From: an uncultured Alphaproteobacteria bacterium
Lineage (GTDB): Bacteria > Pseudomonadota > Alphaproteobacteria > CAAHEQ01 > UBA3637
Direction: 5' to 3'
Assembly: GCA_944391565.1 (NCBI GenBank)
Contig: CALXUB010000021.1
Span: 15,693 to 79,692 of the forward strand
Length of the DNA: 64,000 nt
The position numbers and the translations under genes are program-made. The notes below the pieces were generated by a model. It worked only from the letters and a program-made list of their open reading frames with translations, searched no databases and was not told the origin of the DNA. Positions 49,938 through 59,985 of the stretch are shown one piece after another (position 1 is the first letter of the stretch; every line of letters begins with the position of its first letter).

Positions 49938-50000
49938 ATAAAAAAAGCCCGAAAGATCAGGCTTTTTTTATTGGCTGGAGAGGTCTGGTAATACACGGAC
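49938..50000. other. Terminator-like hairpin plus a second degenerate tRNA-Gln 3'-end (att-like scar)
   Basis: AAAAAAGCC…GGCTTTTTT followed by TGGCTGG and the TACACGGAC motif also found in the 199-bp repeats. Confidence 0.45.
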
Positions 50001-50078
50001 TTTCAAACAGTACTTTTTGCTTGTAATAAGAAAAAACATCAGATATGATATAGTATATTGTTTTAAAAAAGGATAAAA

Positions 50079-50660
50079 ATGAAAAAAATTTTTCTTATCT
50101 TATCCCTCTTTTGCTTATTTGGCTGTCAGACAAATTATTTTGAAGACTTTTATAATGACGAAGAGCAAGAACTTCATACCTATATTCCTCGCAAACGAAA
50201 TGAAGACGTTAAGGTTATTGACACGATAGACTTAGAAAATACTTTAAAACGTTATGAAAAAGATTATATTGTTTTAGGAACATCTGCCTTTAACGGACAT
50301 TGGTGTTCTCGTTCTTTAGCTGTTGATTTAGCAAAAGAAAAAGGGGCAACACTGGTTGTTATTGGAATTAAACCAACAGGAGCAACATCCGATACCGTAG
50401 CGATAGCAATTCCTCAAGCAAATACAATATATCATTCAGGGTCCATTTCAGGGCAATCTTATACTTCAGGAAATGTATATGCTAGTAACGGAGCTTGGGC
50501 AAATTATAATTCTTCAACAACAGCGTATGGTTCTTATAGTGGAACATCAACATATTATACGACTAATACTATATATAAACAAATAAATAACTACTATTTT
50601 GATCAATATGCTTTCTTTATGGCTAAAAAGAATAAACTTACGGAGGAAAAAAATGATTAG
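50079..50660 (+). CDS. Hypothetical lipoprotein
   Basis: Lipobox LFGC; Ser/Gly/Tyr-rich segment. Confidence 0.8.
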   Translation: MKKIFLILSLFCLFGCQTNYFEDFYNDEEQELHTYIPRKRNEDVKVIDTIDLENTLKRYEKDYIVLGTSAFNGHWCSRSLAVDLAKEKGATLVVIGIKPTGATSDTVAIAIPQANTIYHSGSISGQSYTSGNVYASNGAWANYNSSTTAYGSYSGTSTYYTTNTIYKQINNYYFDQYAFFMAKKNKLTEEKND

Positions 50661-51267
50661 AATTTTTATTGGTATTTTCTCCGCTTTGTTTTTATTTGGA
50701 TGTACAACTTTTTCAACCAGTGATATCCCTAATTATAAAGAACCTACTAAACTTGAAATTCCAAAAGAAAAACGGAAAGATGTGACGTTCTCTGTTTCGT
50801 TTATGCAAGAGGTTGCTCCAGCAAATGAAGATATAATAACAAATCAACAAGACCTTGCAGAAGATATCAGGGATGCTTTTAAAGAAATGAAATTATTCCG
50901 CAAAGTACATTACGTTTCTCCATCTCAAGCAAGTGATTATCACTATCATTTTAATGCAATAATGACTGGAACAGATTTCCAAACACAATTTGCTTCCGGA
51001 TTACTTTGGGGATATACATTGGGGATATTTCCAATGTGGTGGAATTTCAATTTGGATATTTCAATGCACTTGATTGTTAAAGGAGAAGAAGTTTATTCTG
51101 TAACAGCCCCACAAAAAGTGAAGGATTTTTGGTGGATTCCATTGTTCTTTACATGGCCAATCTTTAATCATGCTGTCGTTGGAAATCATGTAGAAAATAA
51201 AGCAATAGATTATTTTATCTCAGAGATTATTGAAAATCAGCTATATGCATACGACACAAAAGATTAA
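50653..51267 (+). CDS. Hypothetical lipoprotein with internal hydrophobic segments
   Basis: SD GGAGG, lipobox LFGC and TLGIFP motif. Confidence 0.78.
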   Translation: MIRIFIGIFSALFLFGCTTFSTSDIPNYKEPTKLEIPKEKRKDVTFSVSFMQEVAPANEDIITNQQDLAEDIRDAFKEMKLFRKVHYVSPSQASDYHYHFNAIMTGTDFQTQFASGLLWGYTLGIFPMWWNFNLDISMHLIVKGEEVYSVTAPQKVKDFWWIPLFFTWPIFNHAVVGNHVENKAIDYFISEIIENQLYAYDTKD

Positions 51268-51668
51268 GTGGAAAAATCTTATTCTAAAATAAATGTCAAT
51301 TTTAAAAAAATGGTATTTTGATTTTGAGACATCAATGTCACTTAATGGAAGAAAAAACAACCTCGATTTTTCATAAACCGAGGTTATGCACTATTCACTT
51401 CTTGCCCTAGGGGCAGATTTTGAATATCACATTTGTTAACCTTTGTATGCATATAGGTAGAGGTTAAAATGAACAATTGCACTGAATACGTATAACCTCT
51501 CATGGACTCTCGCATGTAAAGGCTTTTGCAAAAAAACACTCCATTAACGATGTTGCATTTAATTTTGATGACTGGGATGTGCCGATCGGGCTCCCAAGGT
51601 CCTCTAGATTGCAGGCAGGTACCCCAAGATGGCAGTAGCAATAAGCGTGTTATAAGAACATCTTTTTA

Positions 51669-51867
51669 CATCAAATTTGAGTCTGAATACATCTGCCTCT
51701 CTCTGGGATGATTTTTTGATATCCCAAGACAGAAGCATTGTAAAATAAGGCTTTTTTGAATTTTGAATCCGTGTAGGGCTGAAAAAGAGGCTTTTTGAAA
51801 AACGCTGTACACGGACCAGTATAAGCGCTTGTAAAATAAAGAAAAAGTCGCTAAAAATAGCGACTTA
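51669..51867. repeat. 199-bp imperfect direct repeat, copy A
   Basis: Co-linear with 52481-52679; contains inverted TCCGTGTA/TACACGGA and a GTCGCTA-N4-TAGCGAC hairpin. Confidence 0.92.
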
Positions 51868-51880
51868 AATAATTTTGTAC

Positions 51881-52309
51881 TTATTGAATAGTGTATGTAC
51901 AAGAAGTATACCAAACACCCGCATAAGGAGCAGACCCCAATATGCTATTTATTTTTGTACGAAACATTTTATTATATGAAAAATAATATTGATAGACATT
52001 AATTCCATCTAACATCGTTTCAAAAAAAACAACAGAATTATCCAATAAAAAAGATGTTAAAGTTTGAGATCCCATATTATCTTTTTGTTGCCATGACAAT
52101 GTTGCATTGGGTAACAATTTCGTATCAATATGAAATATCTCCCCTTTACCCGTTTCAATTTTATCCTCTTTCCATTGCCCATCGGGTGTATTTATTTGCC
52201 CCTTATAATCATTTTGACAATATATTGTAATCGTTTTTGCATTCACTGTTACTGAAATAAAAACTATACAAAGCAAAAAACAAAAAAAATGCATAACAAA
52301 GCTCCTCAT
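51881..52309 (-). CDS. Exported hypothetical protein between the two repeats
   Basis: Signal peptide (…VTVNA); two Cys in the mature part. Confidence 0.7.
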   Translation of the reverse strand: MRSFVMHFFCFLLCIVFISVTVNAKTITIYCQNDYKGQINTPDGQWKEDKIETGKGEIFHIDTKLLPNATLSWQQKDNMGSQTLTSFLLDNSVVFFETMLDGINVYQYYFSYNKMFRTKINSILGSAPYAGVWYTSCTYTIQ

Positions 52310-52480
52310 AATTCCACCCTATAATAATAACATATAATATTATTCAATTCAAGTTTTCTATTTCATAATAATGATGCGTTAATCATAAAACTTTTTTAGC
52401 CGTGTTTTTGTATTGAAGAAAATAACCTTGATTTTATGAAAATCGAGGTTCGATGAGATCAATAGACATCATATTTTTTG

Positions 52481-52679
52481 CATCAAATTTGAGTCTGAAT
52501 ACATCTTCCTCTCTCTGGGATGATTTTTAGGTATCCCAAGATAGAAGCATTGAAAACAAAGGATTTTTTGAATTTTGAGTCCGTGTAAGGCTGAAAAAGA
52601 GGCTTTTTGAAAAACACTGTACACGGACCATATTAAGCGCTTGTAAAATAATAAAAAAGTCGCTATTTCTAGCGACTTA
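52481..52679. repeat. 199-bp imperfect direct repeat, copy B, abutting the tRNA-Gln 3' end
   Basis: Co-linear with 51669-51867; ends 7 nt from the tRNA CCA. Confidence 0.92.
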
Positions 52680-52686
52680 TCTGACT

Positions 52687-52761
52687 TGGCTGGGGTGGCT
52701 GGATTCGAACCAACGGATGACGGGATCAAAACCCGTTGCCTTACCACTTGGCGACACCCCA
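52687..52761 (-). tRNA. tRNA-Gln (anticodon UUG)
   Basis: TGGGGTG…ACGGG-TTTTGAT-CCCGT…GGTTCGAATCC…GCCA. Confidence 0.96.
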
Positions 52762-53061
52762 ACAAACAGATTGATGTAGCTTATACCTCATTTCTTTTAA
52801 AATTGCAAGACTTTTTTATCAAAATCAAATCACTTCCACAAAAATTTTTTCTTTTTTTGTTTCTCCTATTTAATTTGCAATCCTACCAAAAAGAAAATAA
52901 CATAAGTAAATAGAAAGGAACCACGCATGCAAAAACAATCTCATCTCTTATGCCTTTTGGGAGCAAGTATGTTTATGTTTTTCAGATGAACGACAAGCGC
53001 ACTGTTAACGCGCCAATAGATTATTATGAATGCACACGTTAGGCAGGATTATCGGGAAGGA

Positions 53062-53138
53062 TGGCGCGCTTGGCGGGATTCGAACCCACGACCCTTGCCT
53101 TCGGAGGGCACTACTCTATCCAGCTGAGCTACAAGCGC
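53062..53138 (-). tRNA. tRNA-Arg (anticodon CCG)
   Basis: GCGCTTGTAGCTCAGCTGGATAGAG…TGCC-CTCCGAA-GGCA…GGTTCGAATCC…GCCA. Confidence 0.93.
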
Positions 53139-53168
53139 ACTGTTAACGCGCCAATGCATTCTTGCGAA

Positions 53169-53315
53169 TGCCGCGCTTGGCGGGATTGCTCGGGGCCTCG
53201 CCGTCCCCTCGTCCCTTCGGGACCGTCCTTTCGGACGTCGTTCACTTGCGCTCACCGAACCCACGACCCTTGCTGGTCACGAGGGCAATACTCTATCCAG
53301 CTGAGCTGCAAGCGC
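53169..53315 (-). pseudogene. tRNA-Arg-derived copy with a 68-nt palindromic insert in the T-loop, altered anticodon loop and GCA end
   Basis: Near-identical to 53062-53138 except for the insert at 53188-53255 between GGTTCG and AATCC and the anticodon loop CCTCGTGACCA. Confidence 0.85.
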
Positions 53316-53442
53316 AAGATGTTTTTCCTTATACGCTACTTTTGGTCTAAAATCAAGCAATAATTTTTTTAAAGCGACTTGCACTTTTCACAAAATAATC
53401 ATAAAATAAGTTATCTTTCTTCAACTTCAATAGGAGTCTGTT

Positions 53443-53961
53443 ATGAAAAAAATTGCTGTTATTTTATGTTTGTGCGTTTTAGGGGGCGGAATAGTCTTGC
53501 TAGACCCCGTCACAAGGCTGCAAAAAAACGATCATCCGAACAGCCAGTCAGAAAGCGGAAAAATTACCAAAAATGGCAAAAAAGAAGGACTGTGGAAAAC
53601 CTATCATGACAACGGCCAGTTATGGAAAGAAGGCAATGTTAAAAACGGCAAAGAAGAAGGACTATGGAAATATTACTATATAGACGGCCAGTTAGAAAGC
53701 GAAGGCAATTATAAAAACGGCAAGAAAGAAGGTCTGTGGAAAACCTATTATGACAACGGCCAGCTAAGAAGAGAAGGCATTTTCCAAAACAGCGAAAAAG
53801 AAGGACTATGGAAAGAGTATTATAGAAACGGCCAATTAAGAGAAGAAGGCAATTACAAAAATGGGAAATCAGAAGGACTGTGGAAAAAATATCATGACAA
53901 CGGCCAGTTATGGTCAGAGGGAAATTACAAAGACGGCAAAAAAGAAGACCTACAGAAATAA
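53443..53961 (+). CDS. MORN-variant repeat (YwqK-like) protein with an N-terminal anchor
   Basis: About five 24-aa (72-bp) repeats KNGKKEGLWKxYxxNGQLxxEGNY. Confidence 0.88.
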   Translation: MKKIAVILCLCVLGGGIVLLDPVTRLQKNDHPNSQSESGKITKNGKKEGLWKTYHDNGQLWKEGNVKNGKEEGLWKYYYIDGQLESEGNYKNGKKEGLWKTYYDNGQLRREGIFQNSEKEGLWKEYYRNGQLREEGNYKNGKSEGLWKKYHDNGQLWSEGNYKDGKKEDLQK

Positions 53962-54092
53962 TAAAACAGTAAGATAAACTGCGGAGTCGTTCAATCAGAA
54001 GAAGCCATCCTCAAAGTCTTGAGGGATAATGATAATGGCTCAAAAGCAAGAAACTCGAATGATGAATTCTTCCGATTTCACTTTATTGTATT

Positions 54093-55649
54093 TTAATTTC
54101 CGGCCAACAGAGCGTCGATTAATTCTTTGACTGTCGGAACGACTCCGTTTTGATACATTGGATCTTGTCCGAATCGAAAAGCACTATGTCCTGCAAACAT
54201 CAAGTTATCTTCAACATCGGCGCCGTGCGCAATATCCATTAAGGTGCGCGTAATGCAAAAAGAACGCGGATCCGGCAGGCGAGACGTGTGCCCATCCATT
54301 TGGCTCCACCCGGAAAAAGCACACTGAGACAAACATCCGACGCATTCAGCCCGCGTGGTTTTAATACGTGTTTCTGCTGCTTTTGTCACAAAGATCAATG
54401 ACGAATCCGGTGTTCGCATGGGGATATTTCGCTCGGAAGCCATATAATCCTGTGCTCTTTTCCAATCATGAGCCGTTAAATACACCGTATGCGCCGCCGA
54501 CACTTTAAACGGTTTGACAAAAATTGTCTCGGGCTTGTCTTTATAAGGCATTTCCGTATCTTTTTGTGCAATCAGTTCTTGCATAAAGCGCGTCCGCACG
54601 GCAGAAGAATAAAAGCCGGTCGGTGAAAATTGCTGCAAAACAACATCACCGGGTTTCAAGCTCATCAGTTTTTCCTGCCAAGTGCGAACAACAGGACTTT
54701 CCTGTGTCAGCAAAGGTCTTGTTCCCAACTGAAACGCCAAAGGCCCGATATCGGGATTGTCGATGTAATCATCGAACTCAGTCAAGTTCCATACACCGCC
54801 CGCCATGATAATCGGAACGGATTGCAATCCGAACTCATTCATTTGGCGCCGCAAAGCCACCAAACGTTCATAGGGTCGTTCCGGTTTTTCCGGATTTTCG
54901 CTGTTAGACAATCCGTTATGTCCGCCGGCCAACCACGGATCTTCATACACGACACCGCCCAAAAACTCCTTGCAGTTTTTATACGAGCGCAACCATAAAG
55001 CCCGAAAAGCCCGTGCACTGGACACAATCGGATAATAAAAAATTTCATGTTTTGACGCAATTTCCGCCAATCGATACGGCATACCGGCACCGCAGGTAAT
55101 CCCGTGAATAAAATTTTTGGCTTCGCCCAGCATGCCTTCCATCACGGGCAGCGTGTCCCGCATATGAGTTTGAATTTTAAACCGAAGCGTTCCCAATGTT
55201 TGTTGAACCTTTTCACCCAAAACCTCGATTTTGGGGTGCAACCGGCCCGACACACGCGTTTTCAGGTTTTTAACGATTTCTTCGCAAGAATTCATAACGC
55301 CTTCCAAAATCGGAATACTGCCGCCCATTTCCCACAAAACATTCATGTGAATACGACCGTTTCCGCCGGAAATTTCATGCGCCAAACGGGCTTGATCAAT
55401 ACCGCCTTTAATAGACATTTCAATCAATTCCTGATGACGTTCCTGACGTGTTTTCTTGGTATATTTTTTAGGAAGAATAGCGCCGTTTTCATCCAATTCA
55501 TCCGCAAAAACGCCGGAAATGGTGCCGACAGCCCCTGCTGCTGCCCAAGCCCCGCTGGACCAACCGTCCGACACGGCAATGCCTTTGCCGCCTTCAATCA
55601 AAGGAATGACTTCTTTACCGGAAATCATTAAAGGTTTCAATGTTTTCAT
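54093..55649 (-). CDS. Nitronate monooxygenase/FabK-like flavin oxidoreductase
   Basis: PLIEGGKG, GAGMPY, AGGHNG, FQLGTR and CVGCLSQC motifs. Confidence 0.85.
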   Translation of the reverse strand: MKTLKPLMISGKEVIPLIEGGKGIAVSDGWSSGAWAAAGAVGTISGVFADELDENGAILPKKYTKKTRQERHQELIEMSIKGGIDQARLAHEISGGNGRIHMNVLWEMGGSIPILEGVMNSCEEIVKNLKTRVSGRLHPKIEVLGEKVQQTLGTLRFKIQTHMRDTLPVMEGMLGEAKNFIHGITCGAGMPYRLAEIASKHEIFYYPIVSSARAFRALWLRSYKNCKEFLGGVVYEDPWLAGGHNGLSNSENPEKPERPYERLVALRRQMNEFGLQSVPIIMAGGVWNLTEFDDYIDNPDIGPLAFQLGTRPLLTQESPVVRTWQEKLMSLKPGDVVLQQFSPTGFYSSAVRTRFMQELIAQKDTEMPYKDKPETIFVKPFKVSAAHTVYLTAHDWKRAQDYMASERNIPMRTPDSSLIFVTKAAETRIKTTRAECVGCLSQCAFSGWSQMDGHTSRLPDPRSFCITRTLMDIAHGADVEDNLMFAGHSAFRFGQDPMYQNGVVPTVKELIDALLAGN

Positions 55650-55711
55650 ATTATCTCTCTTTCATGAAAGATAAGAATACACGTTTTTTGCGAAAAGACA
55701 AGCAAGAATCT

Positions 55712-56056
55712 TTATCCTTCTGTCCGGCGCGACCGAAACAGTGTCAAAAGCGCAGAAATCACGGCATCATCTTGTTCCTGCAATTCCTCGATCAGCTCGA
55801 CTAATTCGGGAGAAAAGGATTGATAAAGACTGGGTTCGTCTGCCGGCAAAAACAGCTCGTAAAAAGCAACGTCCAAAGCATCTGCAATGTCTTGTAAAGT
55901 CGACAGCTTCGTTGCAGCCGTTCCACATTCCAAATGACAAACCATCTCGACACTTCTGTTAATCTTATCTGCTAAGTCAGCTTGAGTCCATCCTTTTGCG
56001 CGGCGTAAAGACCGTATTCGATATGAGAGGATTTTTCTTGGACTTTCTTTCATCAT
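55712..56056 (-). CDS. XRE-family HTH regulator
   Basis: RIRSLRRAKGWTQADLA…HLECG. Confidence 0.85.
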   Translation of the reverse strand: MMKESPRKILSYRIRSLRRAKGWTQADLADKINRSVEMVCHLECGTAATKLSTLQDIADALDVAFYELFLPADEPSLYQSFSPELVELIEELQEQDDAVISALLTLFRSRRTEG

Positions 56057-56429
56057 GATTGAAGTATAAATTAAAATCCCTTCTTTTAAAATGATGTGAA
56101 AATTCAATTTTAACAATAATTTTGGTCAAAAACTTGATTTCACAATTCAATTTATATAATCAGGGAGTGTTTTGTTCATAAAGGAGTCCGTTTTTTTATT
56201 AAAAACCGATTCCAAAATCATGTTTCTTTTGGAGTCTTTTGTATTTTTGTTTTCAATTATCTTTAAAAACGACTCTTTTCCATTTCATAAGGTCTTTTTT
56301 TGAAAAAGTCATTTTTCCGCGATACAGAGCCAGATTGCATCAAAAATTTTTCCATCAAAAATTCGCGGATCTCCGGTTTAAGAAAAACAGCAGCGCTCAA
56401 GCCAAAAAACGAGAACCTTTCAAAATCAT

Positions 56430-56460
56430 AAAAAAAGCCCCTCCGAAGAAGGGCTTTTTC
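56430..56460 (-). terminator. Intrinsic terminator after pnp
   Basis: AAAAAAGCCC…GGGCTTTTT hairpin. Confidence 0.8.
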
Positions 56461-56472
56461 CTTTTAAAGAAC

Positions 56473-58635
56473 TTACGCTTCCGTCGGCGTCTCGGGAGCC
56501 GTTTCCGTGTGTTCTTCTTTTTTCACATCCAGGTCTTCACCTGTTTCTTGATTAACGCGTTTCATGGACAGTTTAATTTTGCCACGGTTATCCATGCCCA
56601 GGCATTTGACCTTGACCATGTCCCCTTCCTGCACGACATCTGTCACTTTTTCCACGCGTTTCGGAGCCAATTCGGAAATGTGCACCAATCCGTCACGCGC
56701 GCCCAAGAAGTTCACGAACGCACCGAAGTCCATGATTTTAACGACTTTTCCGTCATAAATCTGACCGACTTCCGGTTCCGAGACAATGCCTTTAATCCAA
56801 TTCAAAGCGGCTTCGCCGGCCTTGGCATCCACGGACGCGATTTTGACGATACCGTCATCATCGATATCCACTTTTGCGCCAGTTTTTTCAACGATTTCCC
56901 GAATGACTTTACCGCCGGTTCCAATCACATCGCGGATTTTATCCTTATCAATCTGAATGGTTGTGATTCGCGGTGCGTTCGGAGAAACCATTTCACGCGG
57001 CGCTTTCAAAGCTTCGGCCATTTTGCCCAAGATGTGCTGCCGCCCCTCATGCGCTTGTTGCAAAGCAATTCCCATGATTTCCTTGGTGATGGAAGTGATT
57101 TTAATATCCATTTGCAATGCAGTCACACCGTCTTTTGTGCCGGCGACTTTAAAGTCCATATCGCCCAAATGGTCTTCGTCGCCCATAATGTCTGTCAGAA
57201 CGGCAAAATCGTCGCCTTCTTTAATCAAACCCATGGCAATACCGGCCACCGGCTTTTTCATCGGAACGCCCGCGTCCATCAAAGACAAACAAGAACCGCA
57301 AACGGTTGCCATGGAAGACGACCCGTTTGATTCCATAATTTCTGATACGACACGAATGGTATAGGGGAATTCCTCGGCTGAAGGCAGCATCGGATGAATG
57401 GCCCGCCAAGCCAATTTGCCGTGACCGATTTCGCGACGGCCAGGAGACCCGATACGACCGACCTCGCCCACCGAAAACGGCGGAAAGTTATAATGCAGCA
57501 TAAATGTTTGTTTCCATTCGCCTGTCAAATCATCGACGATTTGTTCATCTTCACCCGTTCCCAAGGTTGCAACGACCAAAGCTTGTGTCTCGCCGCGCGT
57601 AAACAAAGCCGATCCGTGTGCTTTGGGTAAAATGCCGACTTCGGCTTCAATCGGGCGGACGGTTTTTGTATCACGACCGTCAATGCGAATACCGGTTTTC
57701 AAAATATCCTGTCGCACGACTTGTGCTTCCAGTTCATGGAAAATCGGTTCAACCAACGGAGCAGCCGCTTCATTTTCGGCAAACAATGCCAAAGCTTTTT
57801 CTTTCACGGCACCGACGGCAGCCTGACGGTCCAGCTTTTCATGAATTTTATAGGCAGCTTTCAGCTCGGCCAGCAACTCTTTTTCCAACGTGGATTTCAC
57901 CAAGTCATATTCGGCCGGTTTTTCTTTTAACTCCCACGGATCCTTAGCGCATTCTTCCGCCAAAGCGATAATCGCATCAATCACCGGCTGGAAACCCTGA
58001 TGACCGAAATCCACGGCGCCCAACATGACGTCTTCAGGCAATTCCTTAGCTTCGGATTCCACCATCAGCACGCCTTGTTTTGTTCCGGCGACCACCAAAT
58101 CCAGTTCGGATTTTTTCACTTCCGCAAGTGTGGGATTCAGCACATACTGACCATCCATATAGCCGACACGAGCGGCCGCAATGGGCCCCAGGAAGGGCAA
58201 TCCGGAAATAGTCAACGCTGCCGACGCCGCAATCATGGCGACAATATCGGGGTTGTTGTGCATATCATGACTTAAAAGCGTGCATGTCACTTGTGTTTCG
58301 TTGTTAAATCCTTTAGCAAACAAAGGACGAATCGGACGGTCGATTAACCGAGAAATCAAAACTTCACCTTCACTCGGTTTTCCTTCGCGTTTAAAAAAGC
58401 CGCCCGGGATTTTACCGGCAGCATAAGCTTTTTCAATATAGTTGACCGTCAGGGGAATAAAATCTTCATACGTTTCCGGAGCCGTCCGCGCCGCGCACAC
58501 AGCGCAATGCACGATCGTTTCGCCGTATGTGACGAGAACAGACCCGTCTGCTTGTTTTCCGACTTTACCTGTTTCAATCACAAGCTTGCGGCCGGCCCAA
58601 TCAATTTCTTTTTTGTAAGTTTTAAACAATGACAT
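56473..58635 (-). CDS. pnp: Polyribonucleotide nucleotidyltransferase
   Basis: [34 protein letters not shown] and S1 domains. Confidence 0.99.
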   Translation of the reverse strand: MSLFKTYKKEIDWAGRKLVIETGKVGKQADGSVLVTYGETIVHCAVCAARTAPETYEDFIPLTVNYIEKAYAAGKIPGGFFKREGKPSEGEVLISRLIDRPIRPLFAKGFNNETQVTCTLLSHDMHNNPDIVAMIAASAALTISGLPFLGPIAAARVGYMDGQYVLNPTLAEVKKSELDLVVAGTKQGVLMVESEAKELPEDVMLGAVDFGHQGFQPVIDAIIALAEECAKDPWELKEKPAEYDLVKSTLEKELLAELKAAYKIHEKLDRQAAVGAVKEKALALFAENEAAAPLVEPIFHELEAQVVRQDILKTGIRIDGRDTKTVRPIEAEVGILPKAHGSALFTRGETQALVVATLGTGEDEQIVDDLTGEWKQTFMLHYNFPPFSVGEVGRIGSPGRREIGHGKLAWRAIHPMLPSAEEFPYTIRVVSEIMESNGSSSMATVCGSCLSLMDAGVPMKKPVAGIAMGLIKEGDDFAVLTDIMGDEDHLGDMDFKVAGTKDGVTALQMDIKITSITKEIMGIALQQAHEGRQHILGKMAEALKAPREMVSPNAPRITTIQIDKDKIRDVIGTGGKVIREIVEKTGAKVDIDDDGIVKIASVDAKAGEAALNWIKGIVSEPEVGQIYDGKVVKIMDFGAFVNFLGARDGLVHISELAPKRVEKVTDVVQEGDMVKVKCLGMDNRGKIKLSMKRVNQETGEDLDVKKEEHTETAPETPTEA

Positions 58636-58729
58636 AAAATATTACCTTTCATACCTACATACAACTTACCGCCCCGGCCCATCCGGAGCGATAAAAAGGG
58701 GCATGACCCTCACGCCCCTTGATTTTGGA

Positions 58730-58999
58730 TTACTTACGCAATCCCAAACGTTTAATCAACGTTTCATAGCGCTGCTGGCTTTGTTTCTTCACATAGTCCA
58801 GCAAACGACGGCGCTGACCGACCATAATCAAAAGCCCGCGACGGGAAATAAAATCCTTTTTGTGGTCTTTCATATGTTCGGTTAAATTTTTAATGCGTTC
58901 CGTCAAAATAGCGACTTGAACTTCCGGAGATCCTGTATCTCCTTCTTTGATCGCATACTCTTTAATGAGTTCTGCTTTTCTTTCATTTGTAATCGACAT
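58730..58999 (-). CDS. rpsO: 30S ribosomal protein S15
   Basis: [14 protein letters not shown]…SRRGLL motifs. Confidence 0.98.
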   Translation of the reverse strand: MSITNERKAELIKEYAIKEGDTGSPEVQVAILTERIKNLTEHMKDHKKDFISRRGLLIMVGQRRRLLDYVKKQSQQRYETLIKRLGLRK

Positions 59000-59909
59000 C
59001 GTTTTCTCCTTTGAAAACTTTGCTGGGACGGAACATGCCGCCTTCAGCATAACCAAACGCAATGAGCCGACCGGACAGCATCGCCTTTAAAAAGTCACCT
59101 TCTTGAAAGCAAGCCCCCGTGGGAAGCGGCACAGCTCTTCCGTGGCCCAAAGCTCGAGCCTCATTCTCCGAAACAGCCAGTTCCAAGATGTCGGTCAGGA
59201 CGGCTTCAAGGGGAATAAGAACCTCTCGAGGGTTTTCACTATACGCTTCTTTTTCCAATTTGTCCAGCGAAATCGCATCAGCCAATGTAAAAGGCCCGCT
59301 TTGTGTCCGTCGAAGCTCGGCAATACATCCGCATGAACCGCATTGCCGAGCAATATCACGCCCCAGCGAACGCACATACGTGCCTTTCCCGCAAGTGACG
59401 GTCAAAACCGCCTTATCCGGAGCCCGAAGATCCGTCAAAGTCAGGCTTTCAACATGCACGGGACGAGGCGGCAGGGAAACGGCCTCGCCTTTGCGCGCTT
59501 TTTCATAGGCTCGCTTGCCGGCCGTTTTCAAAGCACTGTAAGCCGGAGGCACCTGAAGAATATCGCCCGTAAAAGAAGGTAAAACCGCCTCAATTTCGTC
59601 TTTGGAAGGCCGATGATCCGAAGTGGCAATGACTTCACCTTCCAAATCATCCGTCGTTGTTGCTTGTCCGAATTGAATTTGAAAGGTATATTTTTTAAGG
59701 CCGTTCATGACAAACGGCACAGTTCGAGTCGCTTTACCCATCGCAATGGGCAACACACCCGTCGCCAGCGGATCCAATGTGCCGGCATGCCCGATCTTCC
59801 GGGGATGAAAAAGACGCTTTAATCGACTGACAACCTCGGTTGATCCCATGCCATACGGTTTGTCGATAACCAACCAACCGTTCAAATCATTCACGATTTT
59901 AGGTCCCAT
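58983..59909 (-). CDS. truB: tRNA pseudouridine(55) synthase
   Basis: [12 protein letters not shown] and [10 protein letters not shown] motifs. Confidence 0.97.
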   Translation of the reverse strand: MGPKIVNDLNGWLVIDKPYGMGSTEVVSRLKRLFHPRKIGHAGTLDPLATGVLPIAMGKATRTVPFVMNGLKKYTFQIQFGQATTTDDLEGEVIATSDHRPSKDEIEAVLPSFTGDILQVPPAYSALKTAGKRAYEKARKGEAVSLPPRPVHVESLTLTDLRAPDKAVLTVTCGKGTYVRSLGRDIARQCGSCGCIAELRRTQSGPFTLADAISLDKLEKEAYSENPREVLIPLEAVLTDILELAVSENEARALGHGRAVPLPTGACFQEGDFLKAMLSGRLIAFGYAEGGMFRPSKVFKGENDVDYK

Positions 59910-59985
59910 GCGTTCTTTTCTCCAATTATGACATTTTTCAACAAACTTGCCGAATAAATGTTTTTTGACTGACCATCAGTTCCCC

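Noticed and set aside
51669-52679. 199-bp repeat pair considered as a DGR template/variable repeat or as IS ends
   Set aside because: The repeats are non-coding and direct, mismatches are not confined to adenines, and there is no RT or transposase.
39100-52686. Prophage
   Set aside because: No integrase, terminase, capsid, tail or lysis genes.
53169-53315. Interrupted tRNA considered as permuted tmRNA or a group I intron-containing tRNA
   Set aside because: The body is a copy of the adjacent tRNA-Arg, there is no tag ORF or Ala-type acceptor, and the 68-nt T-loop insert is too small for a group I intron.
53503-53950. 72-bp tandem repeats considered as a CRISPR array or DGR target
   Set aside because: They are in-frame coding MORN-variant repeats with no unique spacers, and no cas or reverse transcriptase gene is in the window.
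56239-57330. 363-aa plus-strand ORF (and similar ORFs opposite secA and infB)
   Set aside because: These are antisense shadows of highly conserved genes with no protein motifs.
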